Source: a virus (lineage: Duplodnaviria > Caudoviricetes). From it: a stretch of 64,000 nt of DNA. How positions within the stretch are numbered: the first letter of the stretch is position 1; each line of letters starts with the position of its first letter. The stretch covers positions 30,039-94,038 of the IMG/VR virus record IMGVR_UViG_3300025191_000001, one strand, 5' to 3'. A program made the translations under genes and the position numbers. The notes below the pieces were generated by a model. It ran no database searches. It was not told where the DNA came from and saw nothing but the letters and a program-made list of their open reading frames with translations. Shown here piece by piece: positions 1-8,327 of this stretch.

Positions 1-209
1 GATAATGTAACTAGTCCATCAATAATACCATCCATAAACTCTGTCTCATCCTTACTATTAAGGATCTCTTGTAGTTCACTCTTAATAATAGGAATCTGTT
101 TAGACTCCTCTACTCCACTAGGGTTAGCGATAGCATTGAATTTACGTACTTCCCTGTGAAACCATGTCAAATCGTAATCCGCGTGTCTTAGTAATTTACT
201 CTTATACAT
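1..209 (-). CDS. MazG-like/PRA-PH nucleotide pyrophosphohydrolase (partial, runs off window)
   Basis: Manual translation MYKSKLLRHADY...IKSELQEILNSKDETEFMDGIIDGLVTL; ExxE...ExxD..D pattern; GGAG RBS. Confidence 0.5.
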   Translation of the reverse strand, partial: MYKSKLLRHADYDLTWFHREVRKFNAIANPSGVEESKQIPIIKSELQEILNSKDETEFMDGIIDGLVTL

Positions 210-219
210 TTGTATCTCC

Positions 220-567
220 TTACGAGTTGAAAGATTTTTCTAGGTTGTCTATAAAATCTTCCATATATTCTATTTTATTTTCTACATTAAAGGCAATGTG
301 AGCCTCATTAAAGATTCTATTACTACTCCTCTCTGGATCTACGTTGTCCAACACTTCATTATAATCCAGGATATAATCAAAGTCTACGTATTCGCTCTCC
401 TCTTCGTACAATTGGAATAAGATACAAAATATCTTATTATCCTCAATGTACTCTAAACCAAATCCTTCTATGAACTCTACAAATTCAGAAACATCGTCCG
501 TATAAAAACATCTCATAGGGGTTACAGAAGGTTCTATGTGTACTGTATCTATACCTACTTCTTCCAT
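220..567 (-). CDS. hypothetical acidic protein
   Basis: ORF with AGGAG RBS, in operon. Confidence 0.7.
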   Translation of the reverse strand: MEEVGIDTVHIEPSVTPMRCFYTDDVSEFVEFIEGFGLEYIEDNKIFCILFQLYEEESEYVDFDYILDYNEVLDNVDPERSSNRIFNEAHIAFNVENKIEYMEDFIDNLEKSFNS

Positions 568-588
568 TTTATATCTCCTATTTACTCT

Positions 589-670
589 TGTAAGGCTCTA
601 TGAGAGGACTTATTAACTTACCCCATACAACCACCTTACTTAATATTTAAACCTCTTAGAATGACTCTCA
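589..670. repeat. dispersed ~80-bp intergenic element, copy E1
   Basis: Reverse complement aligns gaplessly with 24376-24457. Confidence 0.75.
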
Positions 671-1273
671 GGCGCTCTTAATCATACTCTCAAACCACTC
701 TGTTTCTTCTGGGGTTTCCGTAGGCACATAACCTGTTAAACGGTCAAACCTTTTTAGAAACTCATCCTTAGCAACTTGAGGACTCCAAGAGTGTATCTTG
801 ACATTATCTACTCTGTCAAACTCTTTTACCCAATCAGGTTTATGCAGGAACAACTGTCTAGCTTCTTCCCCACAGATATGATAATCGTAATAATCAATCA
901 ACTCTGTCTTAGCGGTTATATCATACTTACTCTGTATCACATTTTCAATCTTTAATTCCATATCAAAGTAATTATCTAAATGAGGTTTAATAGGACGTGG
1001 TATATCACATATGTAAGCTTCACTAGCATCATGTAATAAAGCTGACAACACCTCACGTTTATCCTTATAAGCTTGTTCTACTAAATCTGCAATAATACAA
1101 CAATGCTCTGCTACAGAATAAAATCTAGACACATGCCCACTAAACCTACAGTTCATAGACAAAGCTTGTGCAATATCCTCTATACAGATTTCTTCCTCTG
1201 TAGGGTCAAGGAAATGGAAATGTTTTCCTGTGTATGTTCCTATATAGGGTTTACCTTTATAAGGTTCATTCAT
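668..1273 (-). CDS. HD-domain phosphohydrolase (YfdR/YfbR-like 5'-deoxynucleotidase)
   Basis: IEDIAQALSMNCRFSGH, YSVAEH, ALLHDASEAYICDIPRPIK motifs. Confidence 0.85.
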   Translation of the reverse strand: MNEPYKGKPYIGTYTGKHFHFLDPTEEEICIEDIAQALSMNCRFSGHVSRFYSVAEHCCIIADLVEQAYKDKREVLSALLHDASEAYICDIPRPIKPHLDNYFDMELKIENVIQSKYDITAKTELIDYYDYHICGEEARQLFLHKPDWVKEFDRVDNVKIHSWSPQVAKDEFLKRFDRLTGYVPTETPEETEWFESMIKSA

Positions 1274-1847
1274 TTAAAAACTCCTCCACTAATTCTTCAC
1301 AACAATCTAGGTATTCTCCTAAAGTACCGTCGTTGTGAATGATGTGTGTATTAGGGAATCCCATTACATAATCCCTACTATCTCCTTCAAAAGAACATCC
1401 GTCTCTTGTGACATGAATCAAGAGGAAATTCTCTTCCCCTACTTCATCTAATAAACATTGAACCTCCTCTGCGAAACCTCCGTCAGAGAATATATTAACA
1501 CCTTCTTCTGCTGACTTAGCTGCCATAATGCCAAATACGTCCTTACCGAATAAGGGTTTAAGGACATTCTCTGACATGTGGATCATAGCATTACGTGGTG
1601 ACGTATTATTCATACTAATACGTAAATGACAACTAGGTTCTTCTTTATATTCCCTCTCGTAGAGGAAGTCCCACAAGTTGTCACTAATACCGTAAGCACT
1701 CTTTACTGCTTTAAAGAGGTTCTCCTTAACTTCCTTGTGGTGTGATGGAATCCCTTTAGAGTTTAAGTGTTTTACTAAGTGTTCCGCTGCAACGTCTTTC
1801 CCTGTATTAGGTGGCGCATTGAAAATGATTACTTTTTTATTTCCCAT
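1266..1847 (-). CDS. deoxynucleoside monophosphate kinase
   Basis: P-loop NAPPNTGKD, SDGGF motif; start moved to ATG after GAGGAG. Confidence 0.75.
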   Translation of the reverse strand: MGNKKVIIFNAPPNTGKDVAAEHLVKHLNSKGIPSHHKEVKENLFKAVKSAYGISDNLWDFLYEREYKEEPSCHLRISMNNTSPRNAMIHMSENVLKPLFGKDVFGIMAAKSAEEGVNIFSDGGFAEEVQCLLDEVGEENFLLIHVTRDGCSFEGDSRDYVMGFPNTHIIHNDGTLGEYLDCCEELVEEFLNE

Positions 1848-1858
1848 GATTTTCTCCT

Positions 1859-2392
1859 CTAAAAGTTCCAAGATTTTCCCACATTAATACAACTTATTGT
1901 AGCAAAATGTACTCCAAACACTTTAGCAATATCCCTTTGCTTAAAGCCTAACCTAATCCATTCTCGAATAAACTCCACGTCAAAGTTAGACAACTTACTG
2001 GAGATATTACTCTCCCCTCTAGGCATTACTCTTAGTCCTGTGTCAACTGCGTGTTGTTGATTACCTGAAGCATCCGTCCATTCTAGATTAGTCACAACAT
2101 TATTATTCTTAATGCCATCTATGTGGTTGACTTGATTACAACATTGTTTATCAGGTAGAAAAGCTTTTGAAACTAATCTGTGAACTTTCCCTATTTTACG
2201 TACCCCGTTCTTAATAAGGCACACTACGTGGTATCCATCTTTGTCCTCATTAAGTTTTAAGATCTGACCTTTTTGGAGTCTCTTGTTCCCATTACTATAA
2301 CTTATATACCTATCCACACTCCTTACATTGCCTAAGTTGCTTACCTGATACCAACCTTCGTAATCTTTTACGTCAAGCCATTCCTCTATCAT
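1859..2392 (-). CDS. NUMOD4-HNH homing endonuclease
   Basis: EEWLDVKDYEGWYQVSNLGNVRS; VHRLV...VNHIDGIKNNN..NLEW; C-terminal HTH. Confidence 0.9.
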   Translation of the reverse strand: MIEEWLDVKDYEGWYQVSNLGNVRSVDRYISYSNGNKRLQKGQILKLNEDKDGYHVVCLIKNGVRKIGKVHRLVSKAFLPDKQCCNQVNHIDGIKNNNVVTNLEWTDASGNQQHAVDTGLRVMPRGESNISSKLSNFDVEFIREWIRLGFKQRDIAKVFGVHFATISCINVGKSWNF

Positions 2393-3357
2393 TTTGTAAT
2401 GTTCCTCAAAAAGTCTTTGCGGTCTTCTGTGGTAGTCTTACTTATAGCATCACGTTTAACAGTACCACAATCATTACAACGATAAGCGCTAAATTCCGAC
2501 AAGTTGGTAAATGCAGACACATCTAACTTCTCTAAATCATGAGAGCCGCACACAGGGCAACGTTTACCTTGATTATCTCCAAAATATAGAGCCACATTGG
2601 GGTGGTTAGGTATGTAGGCACGAATCTTTAAGTAAAGTTCCCGTAGTGTGGGAATATCGCCAATGTTATAGTCTTTCATTTTACCAAACGCAGTACGATC
2701 ACCTCTCATACAATCAATCCACAAAGAGATACCCTCGTGGTGTAACTTATTATGAGGTAGGTTAAAGTACTTAGTAGAGTAACCTAAACTATTACTAGGC
2801 AAGCTCATAGCCTTTTTCATGCCTTTCAATGTACAAATTACACGGTATGGTGATGGGCTAGGGATTCCATGATAAGCGCACCGTTGATTAAACCATCCTG
2901 TATCAAAAGACTCATTTTGGATTACTACAATGTTAGCTTCGTCAAACCACTTCCACAAACGCATAACTAGTTCGTAGTCATCCTTATGGTCGTTATCAAA
3001 ACCGTCAAAATCATCTAAACCATAACACTCTATGCTACCTGTATCCTCGTGTAACCAGTTACAAGCGTAAGTGAGTATGTAAGGGAACTCAATAATATGA
3101 TCTGGTGTACTGAAGTGCTTAAACATCGAGAATGCTGCTACGATAGAGGCGCTAACTTCTAAGTCTAAGAAACAAACCTTAGCACCCTCAAACTCCTCTA
3201 CCTTTTCCCCTTCTTCCGCTTTTTCTATTACACGATTCCAGTAATCATTAATAGTACTCTTACCTCTACCAATCATTTCACCAATCTTACGAGAGGCTGT
3301 GCCTTTTAATTTCTCTTCTACAATTACTTTCTTCTCTTGCTCTGTTAATCTACTCAA
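2389..3357 (-). CDS. DEDD/RNase H-like 3'-5' exonuclease with N-terminal HTH and C-terminal Zn ribbon
   Basis: LDLE, NESFD, YNIGD motifs; CPVC...CNDC. Confidence 0.75.
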   Translation of the reverse strand: MSRLTEQEKKVIVEEKLKGTASRKIGEMIGRGKSTINDYWNRVIEKAEEGEKVEEFEGAKVCFLDLEVSASIVAAFSMFKHFSTPDHIIEFPYILTYACNWLHEDTGSIECYGLDDFDGFDNDHKDDYELVMRLWKWFDEANIVVIQNESFDTGWFNQRCAYHGIPSPSPYRVICTLKGMKKAMSLPSNSLGYSTKYFNLPHNKLHHEGISLWIDCMRGDRTAFGKMKDYNIGDIPTLRELYLKIRAYIPNHPNVALYFGDNQGKRCPVCGSHDLEKLDVSAFTNLSEFSAYRCNDCGTVKRDAISKTTTEDRKDFLRNITK

Positions 3358-3542
3358 TTCAATTCTCCTTTATCTTTACTGATATCCCCAAACATACTCA
3401 TCATACCATCACGTACCTCTTGTTGCATAGATAAATATTCGTAGTGATCTGAGGCTCGCTGGAATCTCAAATTAAACTCAGTCCCATCCTTTAAACGTTG
3501 TTCCACTACAATAGCGTATTGTGGTTCTAGTGTGCTACTCAT
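3354..3542 (-). CDS. hypothetical protein
   Basis: Translationally coupled ORF. Confidence 0.6.
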   Translation of the reverse strand: MSSTLEPQYAIVVEQRLKDGTEFNLRFQRASDHYEYLSMQQEVRDGMMSMFGDISKDKGELN

Positions 3543-4095
3543 TTAGTCTCTCCTCCTTCATAAATGCATCTACAAGTTGTTTGCGTCTCTTGGTTGCGTT
3601 AGACTCTGGCTTAATACCTAATCCTTCTAATACCTCATTCACACGCTTCTCCTTTTCAATTTGGATTGCTTTCTTAGTGGCGTATGCTAACTCAAAAGAG
3701 ATACCTTGTCTCTCTGCCAAAGAAAAAGTTGAATTACACGTCTTACAAATAGTCCTTAAATCGTCAGGGGTTATCCACACTAGCCTTTCTGTAAAAGATT
3801 GTATGTCCTTTTTATCTCTTAAACTTCCCGCTGGATTAATGTGGTCTACTTGCCCCTCTTTCTGTACAAATGTGCCTCCACAAATAGGACAATCAAAACC
3901 CCACACGTCTTTTACTTTACCTTTTGGGTTAGGGTTAGGTATTCTTTTCCTGTCTCTACGTATAGCCATTAACTTAGCTGGGTGCCTATTCCAAGCCTTT
4001 CTTAAACAACTTCTTATGTAAGACATGAAAGAGGATTTAGTTTTCCATATTTGTTTTAGGTCAGGGTGTTCCCAAGGGTTTATCTCGTTACTCAT
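3535..4095 (-). CDS. HNH-type endonuclease (possible resolvase)
   Basis: CPIC...VDHINP...CKTCN. Confidence 0.7.
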   Translation of the reverse strand: MSNEINPWEHPDLKQIWKTKSSFMSYIRSCLRKAWNRHPAKLMAIRRDRKRIPNPNPKGKVKDVWGFDCPICGGTFVQKEGQVDHINPAGSLRDKKDIQSFTERLVWITPDDLRTICKTCNSTFSLAERQGISFELAYATKKAIQIEKEKRVNEVLEGLGIKPESNATKRRKQLVDAFMKEERLNE

Positions 4096-4381
4096 CCCAC
4101 GAATCCTCTCCATAGTTTGTAGGGTTTGTGTTTACCCAAGCGTTATACTTCATGAGGGTGGTTTCGTAATCCTTGTTAGGTAAGTTCATAAAAGCGCAAG
4201 TTTCTATATTGAAAGTAGTTAAGCCACAACACTCACAGTACACCTCTTGACAAAGTACGTCTAAGTCTCTTGAATTAGTCCAACTTACATATTCACTACC
4301 ACAACGAGGACAAGGGGAGAACTCAGTAGAGAAATCCTTTTTAATGTAATCAGGTACTTCTCTTTTTGTATAGTTACTCAT
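4088..4381 (-). CDS. Zn-finger protein, Lar (restriction alleviation)-like
   Basis: PCPRCGS...VYCECCG. Confidence 0.45.
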   Translation of the reverse strand: MSNYTKREVPDYIKKDFSTEFSPCPRCGSEYVSWTNSRDLDVLCQEVYCECCGLTTFNIETCAFMNLPNKDYETTLMKYNAWVNTNPTNYGEDSWDE

Positions 4382-5468
4382 CCAACATCCCCATCTTTTT
4401 AAGAATCTTCTTAATACAAGTCTTATCGTCTTCCTTACGTTTCATGTAAGCAAGCTGAAATTGCATGTCAAGTACATCTAACCAAGTTGCTGTATGCTTA
4501 TTATCTTGCCAATCTAAATACTCGAAAGGTTCTTCACCATACCACTCTTTGTATTTCTTAACAATAAGTTCTAGGCATTGCTTATGGTTAGAGCATTTGT
4601 CTAGAGCATTCTTAGCCGTCTTACTACCCCACTTAGGTTTCTTGCGTTTCTCTTCAATCTTATCATCTATGAGAACCCTAGTATAAGTGTCACGACTACA
4701 ATAGTTGTCAGCTCCATCTGCGCATACAATCTGATAGTAAAGGAATTTCCAACCATCTCCTTTGACATCAGGATTCTTTAGAGTATTGTCAATCCACAAA
4801 TCACCAAACCCTTTCACCAATCTAGGTGCTTCCCATTTCTCATAGTTAAACCACCAACCTTCTGCTTGTAAGGAGTCCTTGTCAGCGCTCGAACCAATGA
4901 CTTTCTTACCTTCCTTAGCACCCTCAGTTACTCGAATCACTACACGGTCATCACACTCAAATCCTGTAACAACTTCTGCACCTAGATAGTCGATTGCATA
5001 CTGTTTAAGTTCTTCTCTTAGGACAGGTATAATACTTTTATCTCTGTTACCTTTATATCTTTTAGCCAGAGGCAGTTCATCCCTAAAGTTGCCCTCACCA
5101 TCAATGTACAACTCCATGTTGTCAGGGTGACACTTACACTTTTTACAAATGTTATTAAGCCTACGTTTAAGAGTGGAGATTGCATAACTAACTTTCTCAG
5201 GTTTCTGTATATCCTCCACAGCGAAGAAGTCCTCTGGTATATCTAACCCTTCTGTAAACTTCTTAAACTCTGTACGATTCTTGGCAAGAACTTTAGCGTC
5301 ATTGGCTGTGTTAGTAAACTGTACAAGACGTTCCTCACAAGCTGCTGCTGTCCTAAACACTTGCTCATCCATATCAATAACCAAAGTCACATCAGGGTCA
5401 ACCTCCCAAGGAATAACATCTTTTAAGGAGTCCTCTGTAACCTTTCCTTTCTTAGTGAATTTCTTCAA
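4374..5468 (-). CDS. 5'-3' exonuclease (T7 gp6-like)
   Basis: IDMD, NFR..L...YKGNR, ECDD, DKDSLQ, DGADNY motifs. Confidence 0.85.
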   Translation of the reverse strand: MKKFTKKGKVTEDSLKDVIPWEVDPDVTLVIDMDEQVFRTAAACEERLVQFTNTANDAKVLAKNRTEFKKFTEGLDIPEDFFAVEDIQKPEKVSYAISTLKRRLNNICKKCKCHPDNMELYIDGEGNFRDELPLAKRYKGNRDKSIIPVLREELKQYAIDYLGAEVVTGFECDDRVVIRVTEGAKEGKKVIGSSADKDSLQAEGWWFNYEKWEAPRLVKGFGDLWIDNTLKNPDVKGDGWKFLYYQIVCADGADNYCSRDTYTRVLIDDKIEEKRKKPKWGSKTAKNALDKCSNHKQCLELIVKKYKEWYGEEPFEYLDWQDNKHTATWLDVLDMQFQLAYMKRKEDDKTCIKKILKKMGMLDE

Positions 5469-5558
5469 TAGTGTTCTCCTCTTGTTATGTACCTATATTA
5501 GTACATTACCCTTATATTACCACTTAATGTTCTTATATAAGTACACTACGTTAGATAC

Positions 5559-5591
5559 AAAAGTAGAGGGAAGGAAAGACCCTCCCTCTTT
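5559..5591 (-). terminator. probable intrinsic terminator
   Basis: AGAGGGA/TCCCTCT stem followed by T-rich run on minus strand. Confidence 0.5.
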
Positions 5592-5594
5592 AGG

Positions 5595-5885
5595 CTATTC
5601 CCCTAATTGTTCTTCTTGTTCAGGGTATTCCCTGTCACCTGTAAGAATTTCGTAATGGCTTAATGTAGTAGAAATCTCCTCTACTTGGTCTTCCAACTTA
5701 GCTTTATCTAATGCAGCTTTAACCAAGGCGTTATATTCTTTCTTTGTAACAGGGTATTCCTCTACCGCAATTTCTGCATTATTCTTAATATCCTCTCGGA
5801 GAGTCTCGATTTCGCGTGTAAATTGTACAGACTCTTGTACAAGCTTTAATAGTTTCTCTCGTAGTTCTGGTTGCTTTGGTAACAT
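5595..5885 (-). CDS. small coiled-coil dsDNA-binding protein (T4 DsbA/GapR-like)
   Basis: Size and helical pattern, replication context. Confidence 0.45.
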   Translation of the reverse strand: MLPKQPELREKLLKLVQESVQFTREIETLREDIKNNAEIAVEEYPVTKKEYNALVKAALDKAKLEDQVEEISTTLSHYEILTGDREYPEQEEQLGE

Positions 5886-5895
5886 TTATTTCTCC

Positions 5896-6189
5896 TTATT
5901 TAAGTTTTGTTTCATCGAATTCTGGGAAAGTTAAATCAGGAGCTTCTCTATACAATTTCCCGTTCTTGGCATAAATAATCCATATATCGGGTTGTTCTTC
6001 TCCTACCCCACTAACAGAGATTAATTGGTCTGGAAACATAAGGCTAACTGTTTTGCAATCCTCATCAGACCTATACCATTTAATATCTTCTTCTTGGATA
6101 TACTCATACCCACTTACTTCTTTTAAAGCTTGTTGTACTTCTTCACTATTATTAGATATGTCATGTTGTGTATAATATCCCATAATCAC
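5896..6189 (-). CDS. hypothetical protein
   Basis: MGYYT...IKWY...GVGEE..DIW, RBS. Confidence 0.7.
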   Translation of the reverse strand: MIMGYYTQHDISNNSEEVQQALKEVSGYEYIQEEDIKWYRSDEDCKTVSLMFPDQLISVSGVGEEQPDIWIIYAKNGKLYREAPDLTFPEFDETKLK

Positions 6190-6195
6190 TCCTTC

Positions 6196-6275
6196 AAAGC
6201 CCCCTAAGAAGACTTCTCTGTAAAGGTATACAATGCCCTTACTTTAGTGAGAAGTCCTCTCAGAATGGCTTACGT
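6196..6275. repeat. dispersed intergenic element, copy E2
   Basis: TAAGAAGACTT...TATACAAT...AAGTCCTCTCAGAATGGCTTAC. Confidence 0.7.
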
Positions 6276-6292
6276 TTCGTTATATGACGTTA

Positions 6293-7252
6293 TTACTCAT
6301 CACCTAAATCAAATGGATTTACATCATCCTCTGGATCTTCATCAGGTTCTTGTTCTACCTTAGAAGGACGTTTTGGTTTAGTGGCAGTCTTTTTAGGTTT
6401 ATCCTCCTCAGAGTCATCACTAGAACTACCTCCTAGACGACCTGCCTTCTCAAGCTCCTTCTTCAAACCAGAGTCATCCCATTCCTTAGCTAACTGAAGA
6501 CGTTTTAGGGTCTTACTATTAACCTGCTTGAGGTCTTCCTCATCATTGTCACCGTCCATCATTACAGCAAATGGCTCAATGTTATGCTCTGGCATAGGAA
6601 TTGCTTTAGGCTTATTAGCAGGGCTAGAGATTTTAACATTCATAAACTTCTCATCATCTGACCAAGTAGCTTCAATGCTCATCATAAACTCTGCGCCAAG
6701 GAGTTCCCCTAAATCGAAGTCCTCTGGAACTTTGCCCTTCTTAACACCTGTCACTTTACACAAGGTAGCGATACGTGATTTAGGATTGTAACCATCCTTG
6801 CTAGGGTTAAGTGCGATAGGGGACGCTGCTCCTTCCCAGTCTCCTGCTAATAGTTCACGATAAGGTTTAAAGTCCTCTTCATCTGAATCTGAGGCAGGGT
6901 GCTTAGAATAGTCAATAAGAATAGAGGGGAAGTCTACCGTCATAACTACTGTATCGTTATCACTGTTCTTAACGTAGAACTTGTCACCCTCGACACGACC
7001 AACACCTACCTTAATAAGTTTATTCTGTTGCTCAGTGTTCTCCCAATCGTACTCACGTTCTGCCTCTTGGGGGGATTGCAAGCCAGTATCTACAATCCCA
7101 GAAATGAAGCAAGGTTGGGTAGGCTCATCTCCGTCCTCAGTACCATCCATAATACGATCATACACATAGTCATTCCACTCTTTCCATTGCTCATTAGAGA
7201 TAGAAGAACCACCACCAGTGTTTACTTTAGCCTTTTTCTTAAATTTACTCAT
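6293..7252 (-). CDS. putative single-stranded DNA-binding protein
   Basis: Near polymerase, acidic C-terminal tail ending NPFDLGDE. Confidence 0.5.
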   Translation of the reverse strand: MSKFKKKAKVNTGGGSSISNEQWKEWNDYVYDRIMDGTEDGDEPTQPCFISGIVDTGLQSPQEAEREYDWENTEQQNKLIKVGVGRVEGDKFYVKNSDNDTVVMTVDFPSILIDYSKHPASDSDEEDFKPYRELLAGDWEGAASPIALNPSKDGYNPKSRIATLCKVTGVKKGKVPEDFDLGELLGAEFMMSIEATWSDDEKFMNVKISSPANKPKAIPMPEHNIEPFAVMMDGDNDEEDLKQVNSKTLKRLQLAKEWDDSGLKKELEKAGRLGGSSSDDSEEDKPKKTATKPKRPSKVEQEPDEDPEDDVNPFDLGDE

Positions 7253-7491
7253 TACTTAGTTTCTCCTTCTGTGATTTTACCGTTTTGTTTATATACTTGA
7301 ACATTCTCATTTGGTTGAGGCGTAAGATACATAGTTGTACCTTCAATAACAACCTTAAGAGTGTTTGTTACTTTACAAGGTACTACCGTTGTAGCATTGT
7401 TCAAGGACTGTTGTACAGGAAATCCTGCAATATTGCCTTGCAATACGATATTGTAATATTGTGTAGGGTCTACGTTAATAGTTTCTGACAT
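7252..7491 (-). CDS. hypothetical protein
   Basis: Coupled ORF. Confidence 0.65.
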   Translation of the reverse strand: MSETINVDPTQYYNIVLQGNIAGFPVQQSLNNATTVVPCKVTNTLKVVIEGTTMYLTPQPNENVQVYKQNGKITEGETK

Positions 7492-7677
7492 TTATTTACT
7501 CCCATCTAGTTGTTTAATTCTGTTCTCTAAATATTCAATGTACAAAGCTGTTACACTCCACCCGTCTCCATTGTAGTTAGCTTCTCCTTCATATTCAATA
7601 TCTTCGTCCGCCTCATACTTTTCTATAATGTGTTGAGGGATGTTGTAAAGAACATCTTTATAAGAGTAGTATGCCAT
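7492..7677 (-). CDS. hypothetical protein
   Basis: Coupled ORF. Confidence 0.6.
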   Translation of the reverse strand: MAYYSYKDVLYNIPQHIIEKYEADEDIEYEGEANYNGDGWSVTALYIEYLENRIKQLDGSK

Positions 7678-7901
7678 TATTGTCCCTCCATCTTACGTTT
7701 CTGAATTTGAATACCTCGACTTACAAAATCACCAATAATCTTATGACCATCCATCACCTTCTCACGGCTGTAACCTGCTGGACGACCATTAGTAATGTCA
7801 TAAAGAAAATTATTCTCAGCAATCTTCTTTACAGACTCTTGCACCACTTTAGGGCTATCTTGCCCTAGTGATTGTAATAAATGAATTACTTTGTTAAACA
7901 T
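7677..7901 (-). CDS. hypothetical protein
   Basis: AGGAG RBS; promoter TTGCAT-N16-TATAAT at 7935-7962 (minus). Confidence 0.65.
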   Translation of the reverse strand: MFNKVIHLLQSLGQDSPKVVQESVKKIAENNFLYDITNGRPAGYSREKVMDGHKIIGDFVSRGIQIQKRKMEGQ

Positions 7902-7993
7902 GTTTACTTCTCCTTTTCTCTAATTTATAAGCATATTATAACTGAACTGAAATAATATGCAATGGTTATTTTAAATTAATTTAGTGTTAGTCC

Positions 7994-8327
7994 TTACAAG
8001 TCTATAAGTTCTTCCTTAACTAGCTCGTAGAACTCCGTCATCTTCTTATTACCTCCCCCATTTATAAAGCTTGATATAGAGGTACGGCTTCTCCCTATTT
8101 GCTCTGCTATCTTGTTAATACTATAACCTTTGTATTCTAAGATTGCAATGTTAGCAGCATCCTGTTCTGTGAACAACTTCATTTTTACCTGTCCTAGTAC
8201 TATTAACTCTACCTCCCTCAACTCCATGTCGTATATTTTCTTTAGGAGTACACTCTGCCAAGACTGCTTACTTGATAGATGTATTCAAAACCTTCTACGT
8301 CTTTCCACTCTTCTTTTGCTTGATCAA
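7994..8327 (-). pseudogene. degenerate NUMOD4-HNH homing endonuclease; HTH remnant ORF 7994-8227
   Basis: Three frames: EEWKDVEGFEYIYQVSSLGRV / CTPKENIRHGVEGG / KLFTEQDAA...GYSINKIAEQIGRSRTSIS; HNH core missing. Confidence 0.7.

Noticed and set aside
3521-4021. Antisense shadow ORFs (also 6899-7300, 19835-20338, 39531-40043, 48396-48839 and others)
   Set aside because: They lie opposite well-supported genes and have no RBS or motifs
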